From the NCBI GenBank assembly GCA_964610835.1, contig CAZSWK010000002.1:1972-65971 (forward strand): 64,000 bases of DNA. Reading direction: 5' to 3'. Below are positions 49,293 through 61,863 of the stretch, in pieces. The stretch comes from an uncultured Anaerolineaceae bacterium. Its GTDB lineage: Bacteria > Chloroflexota > Limnocylindria > Limnocylindrales > CSP1-4. Position 1 is the first letter of the stretch, and each line of letters opens with the position of its first letter. Both the position numbers and the translations under genes were made by a program. The notes under the pieces were generated by a model. It worked only from the letters and a program-made list of their open reading frames with translations. It was not told where the DNA came from and did no database searches.

Positions 49293-51268
49293 GCGACGTC
49301 GAGCTCGGCGCCCAACCGGTGCCCGAGCGGCGCCGACGGCGGGTCCGGTGGCGGCGCCTGGGGGTGGCACTCATGGTGGTGCTGGTCCCCTTCCTTCTGC
49401 TGGGACTGTATGCCGCTGTGCGCTACCTGCCGGCGCTCGACAATGCCCAAGCCGCGCGCGCGAGTCTGCGCAGCGCGATGAGTCAGGCCAGCAACATCGC
49501 CACCATCGACGCGGCCGGCCTCGACGCGGCCGCCGCCGACGTCGCCGATGCCAAGCAGCGCTTCAGCCAACTCGACGACTTACTGGCGCACGATCCCCTC
49601 ATCTCCCTGCTGCGCAATGCGCCCGTGGTTGGCAAGCAGATCCGTGGTGCCGACGACCTGGTCGCGGCGGGTGACGACGTGGTTGCCGCGGCAGAGGACA
49701 TGTTGAGCGTGGGGCACCAGTTCCTCAACGCTCGCGACGGCAGCGGCGACCCCATGCCGCGCCTGGTGGCGCTGATGCAGCAGGCGGCGCCGGACGTCAC
49801 CCGGGCCGACCAGCTACTGACCGACGCGCAGCAACACGTCGATGCGATACCCGACGGGTTGGCGAGGCAGATTATCGATGGGCGAGACGAGCTGCGCGAT
49901 CGGTTGGACCGCTACCTGCCGGTCCTCGACGCGTACGCGGGTGCGCAGGGCTACATACCGTCGCTTCTCGGTGCCAACGGGCAGCGCCGCTACCTGGTCC
50001 TGCCGGAGGACCCGGCCGAGCTGCGGCCGACGGGTGGATTCATGGGCTCCTACGGGATCGTCGTGTTCGACGGAGGGGCCATAGTCAGCTCCGACTTCCA
50101 TGACATCTACACCCTGGACCTGCAGCCGGGCATTCCCTATGTTGCGCCGCCGCGCGATCTCAAGGACCACCTTCTGGGCACCTACTCGTGGCAACTCGCC
50201 GATGCAAACTGGTCGCCCGACTACCCAACGTCGGCGCAGGAGGCGCTGGCCCTCTACACGCACGAGTCCGGTGACTCGAACATCGATGGCGTCATCGTCC
50301 TGACCACGACAGCGATCGACAAGCTGCTGACCCTTACCGGACCGGTGGCCGTTCCCGAGTACGGGGTCACGGTGCACGCCGGCCAGACGCTCTTCATCAC
50401 CCTGGCCAACACGCGCCAATCGCAGACGCCGGGGGTCAATCGCAAGGCTTTCCTCGACTATCTCGCCGACCACCTGCTGCAGGCTGTACGTGCGCTGCCG
50501 GCCAGCAAATGGTTGGACGCGCTCAATGTGCTGGACGAGATCCGGACACAGCGACAGGCGATGATCTGGCTGGCCGACCCGCAACTGCAGGCGCACGTGG
50601 TCGACGCTGGGTGGAGCGGAGGCCTGCGCCAGGACACCGGTGACTTCCTGATGTCTGTCGACTCGAACGTCGCGCCGGTGGGCAAACTGAACGCCATCGT
50701 CCAGCGCCAGCTCGCCTTCACCGCTCACATCGACTCCGTCGGCAACGCCCACGACTCGCTGCAGCTGAACTGGACGAACCCCATCCTGAGTGGCGTCGGG
50801 CCCAACTACGACACCATGCGCGCCATCCAGAAGAACGTCGACATCCTGGGCAATTTCAACCGCATCGTTGTGCCCGAGAGAAGCCGACTGGTGTCGGTCA
50901 CGGGAGGCAGCGCGCTGACGCCCGTCGACTCGCTCGAATCGCAGGGCACCGAAGCCGGCCGTGACTGGTTCGGGACCTACCTGATGGTGCCGCCCGGTGA
51001 AGCCTCGCTCGATTGGCAGTGGATCTCACCATACGTGGCGATCCCGCCACCCACCGGCGGCCTTGTTACGTACAGCCTCGTGGTGCAAAAGCAGCCCGGG
51101 ACCAACGCCGACCCGCTCTCGGTGAGCGTTCAATTGCCCGCGGGGGCGCAGTTCGTGTCAGCTTCCGAAGGCGCCCAGGTGAACGGCAGCGTGATCCGCT
51201 GGCAGACCAACCTGCAGACCGACGTCGTGCTGCAGGTGCAGTACCGGCTGGGACCGTCACCCGGCTGA
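49289..51268 (+). CDS. DUF4012 domain membrane-anchored protein
   Basis: 659 aa with an N-terminal TM and a long extracytoplasmic region matching the DUF4012 pattern seen in actinobacterial envelope polysaccharide loci. It overlaps the sortase stop by 4 bp. Confidence 0.7.
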   Translation: MSDVELGAQPVPERRRRRVRWRRLGVALMVVLVPFLLLGLYAAVRYLPALDNAQAARASLRSAMSQASNIATIDAAGLDAAAADVADAKQRFSQLDDLLAHDPLISLLRNAPVVGKQIRGADDLVAAGDDVVAAAEDMLSVGHQFLNARDGSGDPMPRLVALMQQAAPDVTRADQLLTDAQQHVDAIPDGLARQIIDGRDELRDRLDRYLPVLDAYAGAQGYIPSLLGANGQRRYLVLPEDPAELRPTGGFMGSYGIVVFDGGAIVSSDFHDIYTLDLQPGIPYVAPPRDLKDHLLGTYSWQLADANWSPDYPTSAQEALALYTHESGDSNIDGVIVLTTTAIDKLLTLTGPVAVPEYGVTVHAGQTLFITLANTRQSQTPGVNRKAFLDYLADHLLQAVRALPASKWLDALNVLDEIRTQRQAMIWLADPQLQAHVVDAGWSGGLRQDTGDFLMSVDSNVAPVGKLNAIVQRQLAFTAHIDSVGNAHDSLQLNWTNPILSGVGPNYDTMRAIQKNVDILGNFNRIVVPERSRLVSVTGGSALTPVDSLESQGTEAGRDWFGTYLMVPPGEASLDWQWISPYVAIPPPTGGLVTYSLVVQKQPGTNADPLSVSVQLPAGAQFVSASEGAQVNGSVIRWQTNLQTDVVLQVQYRLGPSPG

Positions 51269-51455
51269 CATTGGGCGCGCCGGGCGCGGCGTGGCGCGAG
51301 CGGGCACCTGACTTTGGTCCGGGTGACCCAAGTACGGTGGGCAGTCCAGTTAGCCCGTGATAGGTTCGCCCGGCGTTGATGGGGGGAGGTGGCGAGGCTG
51401 ATGTCCGCGCCGCCCACACGTGATCGAGCTGGCAGGTGCGGAAAGCGAGGACCAT

Positions 51456-54645
<3,190 letters not shown>

Positions 54646-54717
54646 ACAGCCTGCCCTTTACGATCTCGCAACGCCTCCTCGCGTACACTCGGTGCACGAA
54701 AGACGAGGAGTGAAGAC

Positions 54718-55408
54718 GATGAAGATCTTCCTGGACACGGCCGAGATCGAGGAAATCCGAACTGCGGCTCGATGGGGCGTGCTCGACGGCGTGACGACCA
54801 ACCCGACCCTGTTCGCCAGGGTTGGCGGGTCCTACGACGAGGTGCTCAAGCAGATCTGCGAGATAACCTCCGGGCCGGTGAGTGCCGAGGTCGTGGCCGA
54901 GGACGTCGAGGGCATGCTGCGTGAGGGCCGCCATTTCGCCAAGCTGGCGCCCAACATCGTGGTCAAGATACCGATGAGCGAGGTTGGGCTGGAAGCCATC
55001 TCACGCCTGGCCGATGAGGGCATTAAGACCAACTGCACGCTCATCTTCACCGCCAACCAGGGCCTGCTGGCGGCCAAGGCAGGTGCCTGGCTGCTGTCGC
55101 CCTTTGTCGGGCGGCTGGATGACATCAATCAGGACGGCATGGACGTGATCCGCGAGCTGGTCACCATCGTCGACAACTTCGACCTCGACGCCCAGGTGCT
55201 GACTGCGTCGGTCCGCCATCCGCGCCACGTGACCGAGGCGGCGATGCTCGGTTCGCACATCGCCACGCTGCCGTTCAAGGTCCTCGAGCAGATGGTTCAC
55301 CACCCGCTCACGGATGCGGGCATCAAGCGGTTCCGCGAGGACTGGGACAAGGCGCGCAAAGAGGCTGCCGACAAGCAGCCCGCCGCCGCGGGCGCGCGCC
55401 AGAACTAG
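54718..55408 (+). CDS. tal: transaldolase, short (Fsa/TalC-like) form
   Basis: MKIFLDTAEIEEI...TTNPTLF...VKIP...FVGR is present (Schiff-base Lys region). It is the tail of track ORF 54380..55408. Confidence 0.85.
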
Positions 55409-55550
55409 CCAGCCCGCGGCGCTGGCCGCCGGCCTCGCACGCTCACTCCGTCGCCCCGCGCGAAATCGCTGAAAAATCGATGCGCCACGGGGCGTTCCGC
55501 GTGGCATGCTTACGCCGCGTCACGGGGAGCAACTTCGAGGAGGGAGCACC

Positions 55551-57692
55551 ATGTCACCGTCGCTCCGTGTTCGGGCTACCCAATTCATCGCGGGAATGTT
55601 CGTGGTCGTGCTTGCCCTGGCACCGGCCGCGCGGCCTGTGTCGGCCGCGGACACCGTTACCCTGCGCATCGGCATCGACCAGAAAGCAAGCGGCCACGGC
55701 CTGAACCCGTTCCGTGCCCTGCTTGGCCAGGACTGGCTGATGTTCGCCGACGTCTATGACCTGCTCGTGGACTTTGGCCCCAACCTCGAGCCTGAGCCAG
55801 GCCTCGCGGAATCCTGGGAGACATCGCCGGACGGCCTCACCTGGACCTTCCACATCCGCCAGGGCGCGACGTGGCAGGACGGCCAGCCGGTCACGGCCAA
55901 CGACGTGGCGTTCACGCTGAACTTCATCCGTAGCAGCGAGGATCCGGCGTACACGGGCCCCTGGGCGCCCAATGGCAACGACACCAACGGCGACGGTGAT
56001 CCCGATCACCCGCTGTCACTGTTCGACAACTATCTCGACCTCGCCGACGGGTACGCCAATACGCGCATCTCATCGGTCGCGGCGACCGACGCATCGACAG
56101 TCGTGATCAAGACCACGGCACCACTGATCGTGCTCGGCCAGATGTACATCCCGATATTGCCGGAGCACATCTGGGGGAGCATGACCTTTGCCCAGGCCTA
56201 CAAGACCACCAACGACAACCCGATCGGTTCGGGCCCCTTCCAGGTCGTCGATTTCAACCGCGACCAGGCCATCCGGCTGGTCGCCAACAAGAACTACTGG
56301 GGCGGTGCGCCCAAGATCGACCAACTGATCTACCAGTACTTCGACACCGACGAGGCGGCCGTCAACGCGCTGACAACAGGCTCGATCGACATGATCAGCG
56401 ACGTCCCGACGACGCTGGTGTCAACACTCCAGGGCAGGAGCGACATCACCATCAACCAGGCCCCGATCACCGACTTCGTGGAGCTGGGCTTCAACAGCTG
56501 GAACCCCACGCCACAGCAGTTCGACGAACTAGGTACCACGGATTATGCGAAGGGTCCCACCACCGGCTCGAACGGCAACCCCTGGCTAACGCTGCCCGAT
56601 GTGCGCGCAGCACTCTCCCAGTTGGTCGACAAGCAGCAGCTGGTCGCCAGCGCCGTGAACGGCTACGCCACGCCCGGCGAAGGCCTGATCGGCCCCGCCG
56701 ACCCGACGTACTACTTCCAGGCGCCGGCGGACGACCCGGCCACCTATCCGGGCGATCTCAATACCGCGATCTCACGCTTCCAGGCCGTTATGGCCACGCA
56801 CGGATTCGCCGACACGGACGGGAACGGCATCCTGAACGTGCCCGATACTTCTGACGCGCAGGCCTTCGATCCCAACGGCGCCGGGCAGGATTGGAGTCTG
56901 CGTCTCTTCGTCCGTAACGATCAGCAGTCGGACATCATCGCGGGCGGCCTGATCCAGTCCTGGATGGAGCAGGCCGGTGTGAACGTCGACCTGCAGCAGA
57001 TCACCGAGGACGTCCTGACCGACGACACCTACCCCGCGTCGACGAACGCCGATATCGACATGTACCTGTGGGGCTGGGGGCCCGACCCCGACCCCGACTT
57101 CATCCTGAGCGTCTTCACGTGCGACCAGATCGATAACTGGCAGGATGCCAACTATTGCGATCCGGCGTACGACGACATGTATCGCCAGTCACAGACGGCC
57201 ACCGACATCGCGACGCGGCAGCAGATCGTGCACGACATGCAGCAGAAGCTGTACACGGAAGCTCCATACGCGGTGCTCTGGTACTCGCAGGCGATCGAGG
57301 CTTATCGAAGCGATCGCTTCACCGGCTTCGTCCAGCTGCCGCGCAGCGGGGGCGCCATCTGGGGTGCCTGGGCGTACGGTCCCTACGGCAGCCGGTTGTC
57401 GGTCGCCCTGGTAGGCGCCGAACCGACGGCTGCTCCGACCTCCTCGCCGGTAGCCACTGCCTCAGCGGAGGCTTCCGCCGGCCCGAGTGCCTCGGCGGTG
57501 GCGCCGACCCCGGCGTCATCCGAGGAAGCGATCGTGACCACACCGGCGCCGACGGCCGCTCCCGGCGACAACACGACGCCAACCGGTGGTGACAACACGC
57601 CGCTGTTCGTGGCGCTTATCGTCATCATCGTCGTGCTTCTTGGAGGTGGCATCCTGTGGATCCGACGCCGGAGCGAACGCGAGGCCGAGTGA
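55551..57692 (+). CDS. ABC transporter substrate-binding protein (family 5, peptide/nickel type) with C-terminal TM anchor
   Basis: Sec-type signal peptide without a lipobox, then an SBP_bac_5 core, then a roughly 60-aa Ala/Pro/Thr/Ser-rich linker and ...TPTGGDNTPLFVALIVIIVVLLGGGILWIRRRSEREAE. The start is moved to MSPSL, which has a GAGGAGGGA RBS. Confidence 0.8.
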   Translation: MSPSLRVRATQFIAGMFVVVLALAPAARPVSAADTVTLRIGIDQKASGHGLNPFRALLGQDWLMFADVYDLLVDFGPNLEPEPGLAESWETSPDGLTWTFHIRQGATWQDGQPVTANDVAFTLNFIRSSEDPAYTGPWAPNGNDTNGDGDPDHPLSLFDNYLDLADGYANTRISSVAATDASTVVIKTTAPLIVLGQMYIPILPEHIWGSMTFAQAYKTTNDNPIGSGPFQVVDFNRDQAIRLVANKNYWGGAPKIDQLIYQYFDTDEAAVNALTTGSIDMISDVPTTLVSTLQGRSDITINQAPITDFVELGFNSWNPTPQQFDELGTTDYAKGPTTGSNGNPWLTLPDVRAALSQLVDKQQLVASAVNGYATPGEGLIGPADPTYYFQAPADDPATYPGDLNTAISRFQAVMATHGFADTDGNGILNVPDTSDAQAFDPNGAGQDWSLRLFVRNDQQSDIIAGGLIQSWMEQAGVNVDLQQITEDVLTDDTYPASTNADIDMYLWGWGPDPDPDFILSVFTCDQIDNWQDANYCDPAYDDMYRQSQTATDIATRQQIVHDMQQKLYTEAPYAVLWYSQAIEAYRSDRFTGFVQLPRSGGAIWGAWAYGPYGSRLSVALVGAEPTAAPTSSPVATASAEASAGPSASAVAPTPASSEEAIVTTPAPTAAPGDNTTPTGGDNTPLFVALIVIIVVLLGGGILWIRRRSEREAE

Positions 57693-57750
57693 GTTAGGCC
57701 CGCAGCGCGGGTGGATGAGGCCACAGCCCGGATGAGCAGGGCGTGATGCA

Positions 57751-58800
57751 ATGAGCCGGCGCGTCCTGGTGCGCCGGATCGTCAACGCGCTGGTGACCAT
57801 CGCCTTCATTGCGGTGGCCAACTTCATCCTGTTCCGGCTGATCCCGGGCGATCCGACGCGCGCGCTCCTGCCGCGCAACGTGAGCTCGGAGGAGCGCGCC
57901 GCCCTGCGCGACCGCCTGGGCCTGGACCAGCCGTTGCTGCCCGGTGTCGTGCGCCAGGCGAACGGCCGGATCGAGGTGGATCTCTCGACGCTGCCCGACA
58001 GCATCACCAACAACCAGTTGGTGACGTACTTTGGCAACCTGCTCCAGTGGCCGCCTGACCTGGGCGATTCATTCGCCGAGCCGGGCACGGTGGTGGACGC
58101 GATTGCACAGCGTTTCTGGCCGACAGTGCTGTTGGTCGGCGTGGCAGAAGCGGTGGCGCTCCTGCTGGGGGTCGCCATCGGCATTGTCGCCGGATGGAAA
58201 CGGGGCGGCATCTTCGACACGGTGTCGGTGAGCGGGTCGCTGGTGCTCTATGCCGTGCCGCTGTTCTGGCTGGGCATGCTGCTGCTCTTTTTCCTGGCCA
58301 CGTCGAACGGAGTGCCCATCTTCCCCGAGCAGCAGATGGTCACCCCCGGGCGCGTATATGCCAACTCCATCGATGAGGTGCTGGACATCGGCGCGCACCT
58401 GGTCCTTCCCGCGGCCACCCTGGCACTCGGGCTGGTAGCCGACTATGCGCTGATCATGCGCTCGTCGCTGATCGAGGTGCTGACCGAGGAGTACATCACG
58501 ACCGCGCGCGCCAAGGGCCTGTCCGAGCGGGGCATCCTGCGTCGCCACGCCCTGCCCAACGCGTGGCTGCCCACGGTCTCCCTTACGGCTCTATCACTGG
58601 GTTACGTGCTGGGCGGCGCGATCGGTGTTGAGACCGTCTTTGCCTGGCCCGGCTTGGGCCGGTTGACCATCGATTCGGTCGCCGCCAAGGACTTTCCCGT
58701 GCTGCAGGGCCTGTTCCTGCTGATCGCGATCAGCGTTGTCCTCGCCAATCTGGCCGCGGAGATCATCTACGGCATGCTCGACCCGCGGGTGCGCGAATGA
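57751..58800 (+). CDS. ABC transporter permease (DppB/OppB-like)
   Basis: 6 TM helices and an EAA-like loop (ARAKGLSERGILRRHALPNA). Confidence 0.85.
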   Translation: MSRRVLVRRIVNALVTIAFIAVANFILFRLIPGDPTRALLPRNVSSEERAALRDRLGLDQPLLPGVVRQANGRIEVDLSTLPDSITNNQLVTYFGNLLQWPPDLGDSFAEPGTVVDAIAQRFWPTVLLVGVAEAVALLLGVAIGIVAGWKRGGIFDTVSVSGSLVLYAVPLFWLGMLLLFFLATSNGVPIFPEQQMVTPGRVYANSIDEVLDIGAHLVLPAATLALGLVADYALIMRSSLIEVLTEEYITTARAKGLSERGILRRHALPNAWLPTVSLTALSLGYVLGGAIGVETVFAWPGLGRLTIDSVAAKDFPVLQGLFLLIAISVVLANLAAEIIYGMLDPRVRE

Positions 58801-59711
58801 GACGCCTGCGTTCGGGCTGGCGCATCTTCCGGCGCAGCCGTCAGGGCATGGTCGGGCTGATCATTTTGACCGCCTTCCTGTTGCTCGCGGTCGTTGGTCC
58901 GCTGATCGTGGGACCACTCAACAGGGTGGCCTCTTTCCAGCAGCTGCAGGGACCATCACTGGAGCACCTCTTCGGCACGGACCGGGCCGGCCGAGACGTC
59001 CTGGTCACGTTCGTCAACAGTTCCCAGGTGAGCCTCATGGTGGGCATCCTCGCGAGCGTCCTCTCGATGATCATCGGCGCCGCCGTGGGAATCGTCTCCG
59101 GCTATACCGGCGGTCGCACCGACACCACCCTCATGCGCATCACCGACTTCTTCTACGTGCTGCCGACCCTCGTGCTGGCGGTCGTGCTGGCCGCCGTGCT
59201 GGGGCCCAGCCTGATCAACGTGATTGCCGTCATCGCCATCAGCTCGTGGGCCGGCACGGCGCGCATCATCCGGGCCCAGACACTCTCCATCCGTGAGCGT
59301 GCGTTCGTCGCCAGGGCACGGGCGTACGGAGCCGGCGATGTGCGGGTGATGATCCGCCACGTGCTGCCCAATGTCTTTTCGCTGATCCTGGCCAACACGA
59401 CGCTCACCGTCGGCTCGGCGATCTTCCTCGAGACCACGCTCTCCTTCCTGGGCGTGGGCGTTCGCGACACTTTCTCGTGGGGCCGCATGCTCGAGGAGTC
59501 GTTCGACGCGGGCGCACTGACGCTCGGCCTGTGGACGTGGTTCGTACCGCCCGGACTGGCCGTCGTCCTGGTGGTGCTTGCGTTCACGCTGATCGGACAG
59601 GCTTTCGACGAGATCCTGGACCCACGCCTGCGGTCGCGCGAGCAGGGCGGCGACGAGGGCGGCACGGAAGGCCTCGGCGGGCTGATGCCCGCCGTCGCCG
59701 AACCGAGCTGA
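58797..59711 (+). CDS. ABC transporter permease (DppC/OppC-like)
   Basis: TM pattern and EAA loop (ARARAYGAGDVRVMIRHVLPNV). 4-bp overlap with the upstream gene. Confidence 0.85.
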   Translation: MRRLRSGWRIFRRSRQGMVGLIILTAFLLLAVVGPLIVGPLNRVASFQQLQGPSLEHLFGTDRAGRDVLVTFVNSSQVSLMVGILASVLSMIIGAAVGIVSGYTGGRTDTTLMRITDFFYVLPTLVLAVVLAAVLGPSLINVIAVIAISSWAGTARIIRAQTLSIRERAFVARARAYGAGDVRVMIRHVLPNVFSLILANTTLTVGSAIFLETTLSFLGVGVRDTFSWGRMLEESFDAGALTLGLWTWFVPPGLAVVLVVLAFTLIGQAFDEILDPRLRSREQGGDEGGTEGLGGLMPAVAEPS

Positions 59712-59725
59712 AGGGAAGAGGTCAG

Positions 59726-60775
59726 ATGTCACTGCTCGAGGTTCGCGACCTGCATGTCGAATTCACCGTGCCCGGCGCGAACGTTCGCGCAGTCGACGGA
59801 GTCAGCTTCGATGTGGAGCCGGGTGAGGCGCTCGGCCTGGTCGGCGAATCGGGTTGCGGCAAGACCACCACCGCTCTCGCCGTCATGGGCTTGCTGCCAG
59901 GCAATGGCCGCATCACGGGCGGCTCGATCAAGCTCGGCGGCGAGGAGCTGACGACCATGCCAGCCGAGCAGCTACGCCACCACCGTTGGCGCGAGATGAG
60001 CATCATCTTCCAGGGCGCCATGAACGCCCTGAACCCTGTCCAGCGTGTCGGCGACCAGGTGCGCGAGCCGATCCTGCTGCATGAGCCCAAGACCACCTAC
60101 CGAGAGGCGAACCGGCGTGTCAGCCGACTCTTCGACCTGGTGGGCATCGAGCCCGAGCGCAAGAAACGCTATCCGCACGAATTTTCGGGCGGCATGCGCC
60201 AACGCGTCATGATCGCCATGGCGCTCGCCAACAACCCCAAGCTGGTGATCGGCGATGAACCGACGACCGCCCTCGATGTGATGGTCCAGGCGCAGATCCT
60301 GGAACTCCTCGAGCGGCTGCGCCGCGAGCTGGGCCTGGCCATGATCCTCATCACGCACGACCTCTCGGTGGTCGCCGAGACGTGCGACCGGGCGCTCGTC
60401 ATGTACGCGGGCCAGCTGGCGGAGACGGGCACCACCGTCCAGCTGCACGATCGACCGCTGCACCCGTACACGGCGCGGCTGATCGCATCGGTGCCCGACA
60501 TCGAGGGCAAACGCGACCTTGGCGCAGGCATCCCGGGCCGACCGCCCGATCTGACCGATCCGCCGCCCGGCTGTCGCTTCAACCCGCGCTGCGACCACGC
60601 CATCTCCGCGTGCCTCGACGCCTATCCCGAGCCGCGCTCCTTCGCCGAGCAGCATCTGGTCGCCTGCCACGCCGTCGACGGCACTGGCCGGCTGCGCTCA
60701 CCCGGGGAGCTGCAGCTGCTGCCGTCGGCACAGGCGGTGCTGCGCGCCCAGCAGGTGCCGGAGGCAGCGTCATGA
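59726..60775 (+). CDS. ABC transporter ATP-binding protein (DppD/OppD-like)
   Basis: Walker [10 protein letters not shown], signature FSGGMRQRV and Walker [13 protein letters not shown] are present, plus an oligopeptide C-terminal Cys-containing domain. The start is at internal ATG 59726 with a GGGAAGAGG RBS. Confidence 0.9.
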   Translation: MSLLEVRDLHVEFTVPGANVRAVDGVSFDVEPGEALGLVGESGCGKTTTALAVMGLLPGNGRITGGSIKLGGEELTTMPAEQLRHHRWREMSIIFQGAMNALNPVQRVGDQVREPILLHEPKTTYREANRRVSRLFDLVGIEPERKKRYPHEFSGGMRQRVMIAMALANNPKLVIGDEPTTALDVMVQAQILELLERLRRELGLAMILITHDLSVVAETCDRALVMYAGQLAETGTTVQLHDRPLHPYTARLIASVPDIEGKRDLGAGIPGRPPDLTDPPPGCRFNPRCDHAISACLDAYPEPRSFAEQHLVACHAVDGTGRLRSPGELQLLPSAQAVLRAQQVPEAAS

Positions 60776-61863
60776 CCGGCACGCCTTTGACAGCACCGGC
60801 GAGCGGCATCGAGCTGCGCGACATCCGCGTGCAGTTCCCCCTGCGCCAGGGGTTCCGCGACATGCTGCGTGGCGCGCCGCGACCAGCGGTGCGCGCGGTC
60901 GACGGCGTGGACCTCGCCGTCGGTCGTGGCGAGGTGGTGGCGCTGGTCGGCGAGTCGGGCAGCGGCAAGACCACGCTCGCCCGGGCATTGGTGCGCCTGC
61001 TGCCCATCAACAGTGGTCGCGTGCTGCTCGATGGCGACGACGTCACCGACCTGCGCGGGGCGCGGCTGCGCTCGTATCGGCGGCGCGTGCAGATCGTGTT
61101 CCAGGATCCGTACGAGAGCCTCGACCCGCGTCAGACCGTCCTGGACATCGTGGGCGAGCCGCTCGATGTGCACGGCCTCGCACGTGGTGGTGAACGCCGC
61201 GACCGCGTGGAACAGGCGCTCGAGGACGCCGGCCTGACGCCACCGCGCCGTTTCCTGCAACGCTATCCGCACGAGCTCTCCGGTGGCCAGCGCCAGCGCG
61301 TGGCCATCGCCGCGGCGATGGTTCTCGAGCCGGAGATCGTCGTCGCCGACGAGCCCGTGTCCATGCTCGACGTGTCGCTGCGCGTCGGCATCCTGCGCAT
61401 CCTGCTGGACCTGCGCCGCACGCGCAATGTGGGCTACCTGTTCATCACCCACGATCTCTCGCTGGCGTGGCTGATCGCCGACCGCATCGCGGTCATGTAC
61501 CTGGGCCGGATCGTGGAGGAGGGCCCTGCCGAACAGGTGGTCCGCGACCCTCAGCACCCCTACACGCGCGCGCTGCTGTCGGTGGCGCCGTCACCCGATC
61601 CATCGCGTCGCACCAAGCGGCGCATCCTGGTCGGTGAAACGCCGGACCCGTCGCGGCTGCCGCCCGGATGCCGGTTCTACCCGCGCTGCCCGCTGCAATC
61701 CGAGCGCGGCGCAACGGAAGAGCCACCGCTCACCGACGTGGGGCCGGACCACCGCTCGGCATGCTGGCTGGTTCAGGATGGCGCGCCGCTGCCACCTTTC
61801 CCGGAGCCCGTTGCCGAAACGGCGAGCGGATCACCCGCGGATCAGGAACCCAGCTTGAGGTAA
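60772..61863 (+). CDS. ABC transporter ATP-binding protein (DppF/OppF-like)
   Basis: Walker A GESGSGKTT, signature LSGGQRQRV and Walker B VVADEPVSMLD are present. The start overlaps the upstream stop (ATGA). Confidence 0.9.
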   Translation: MTGTPLTAPASGIELRDIRVQFPLRQGFRDMLRGAPRPAVRAVDGVDLAVGRGEVVALVGESGSGKTTLARALVRLLPINSGRVLLDGDDVTDLRGARLRSYRRRVQIVFQDPYESLDPRQTVLDIVGEPLDVHGLARGGERRDRVEQALEDAGLTPPRRFLQRYPHELSGGQRQRVAIAAAMVLEPEIVVADEPVSMLDVSLRVGILRILLDLRRTRNVGYLFITHDLSLAWLIADRIAVMYLGRIVEEGPAEQVVRDPQHPYTRALLSVAPSPDPSRRTKRRILVGETPDPSRLPPGCRFYPRCPLQSERGATEEPPLTDVGPDHRSACWLVQDGAPLPPFPEPVAETASGSPADQEPSLR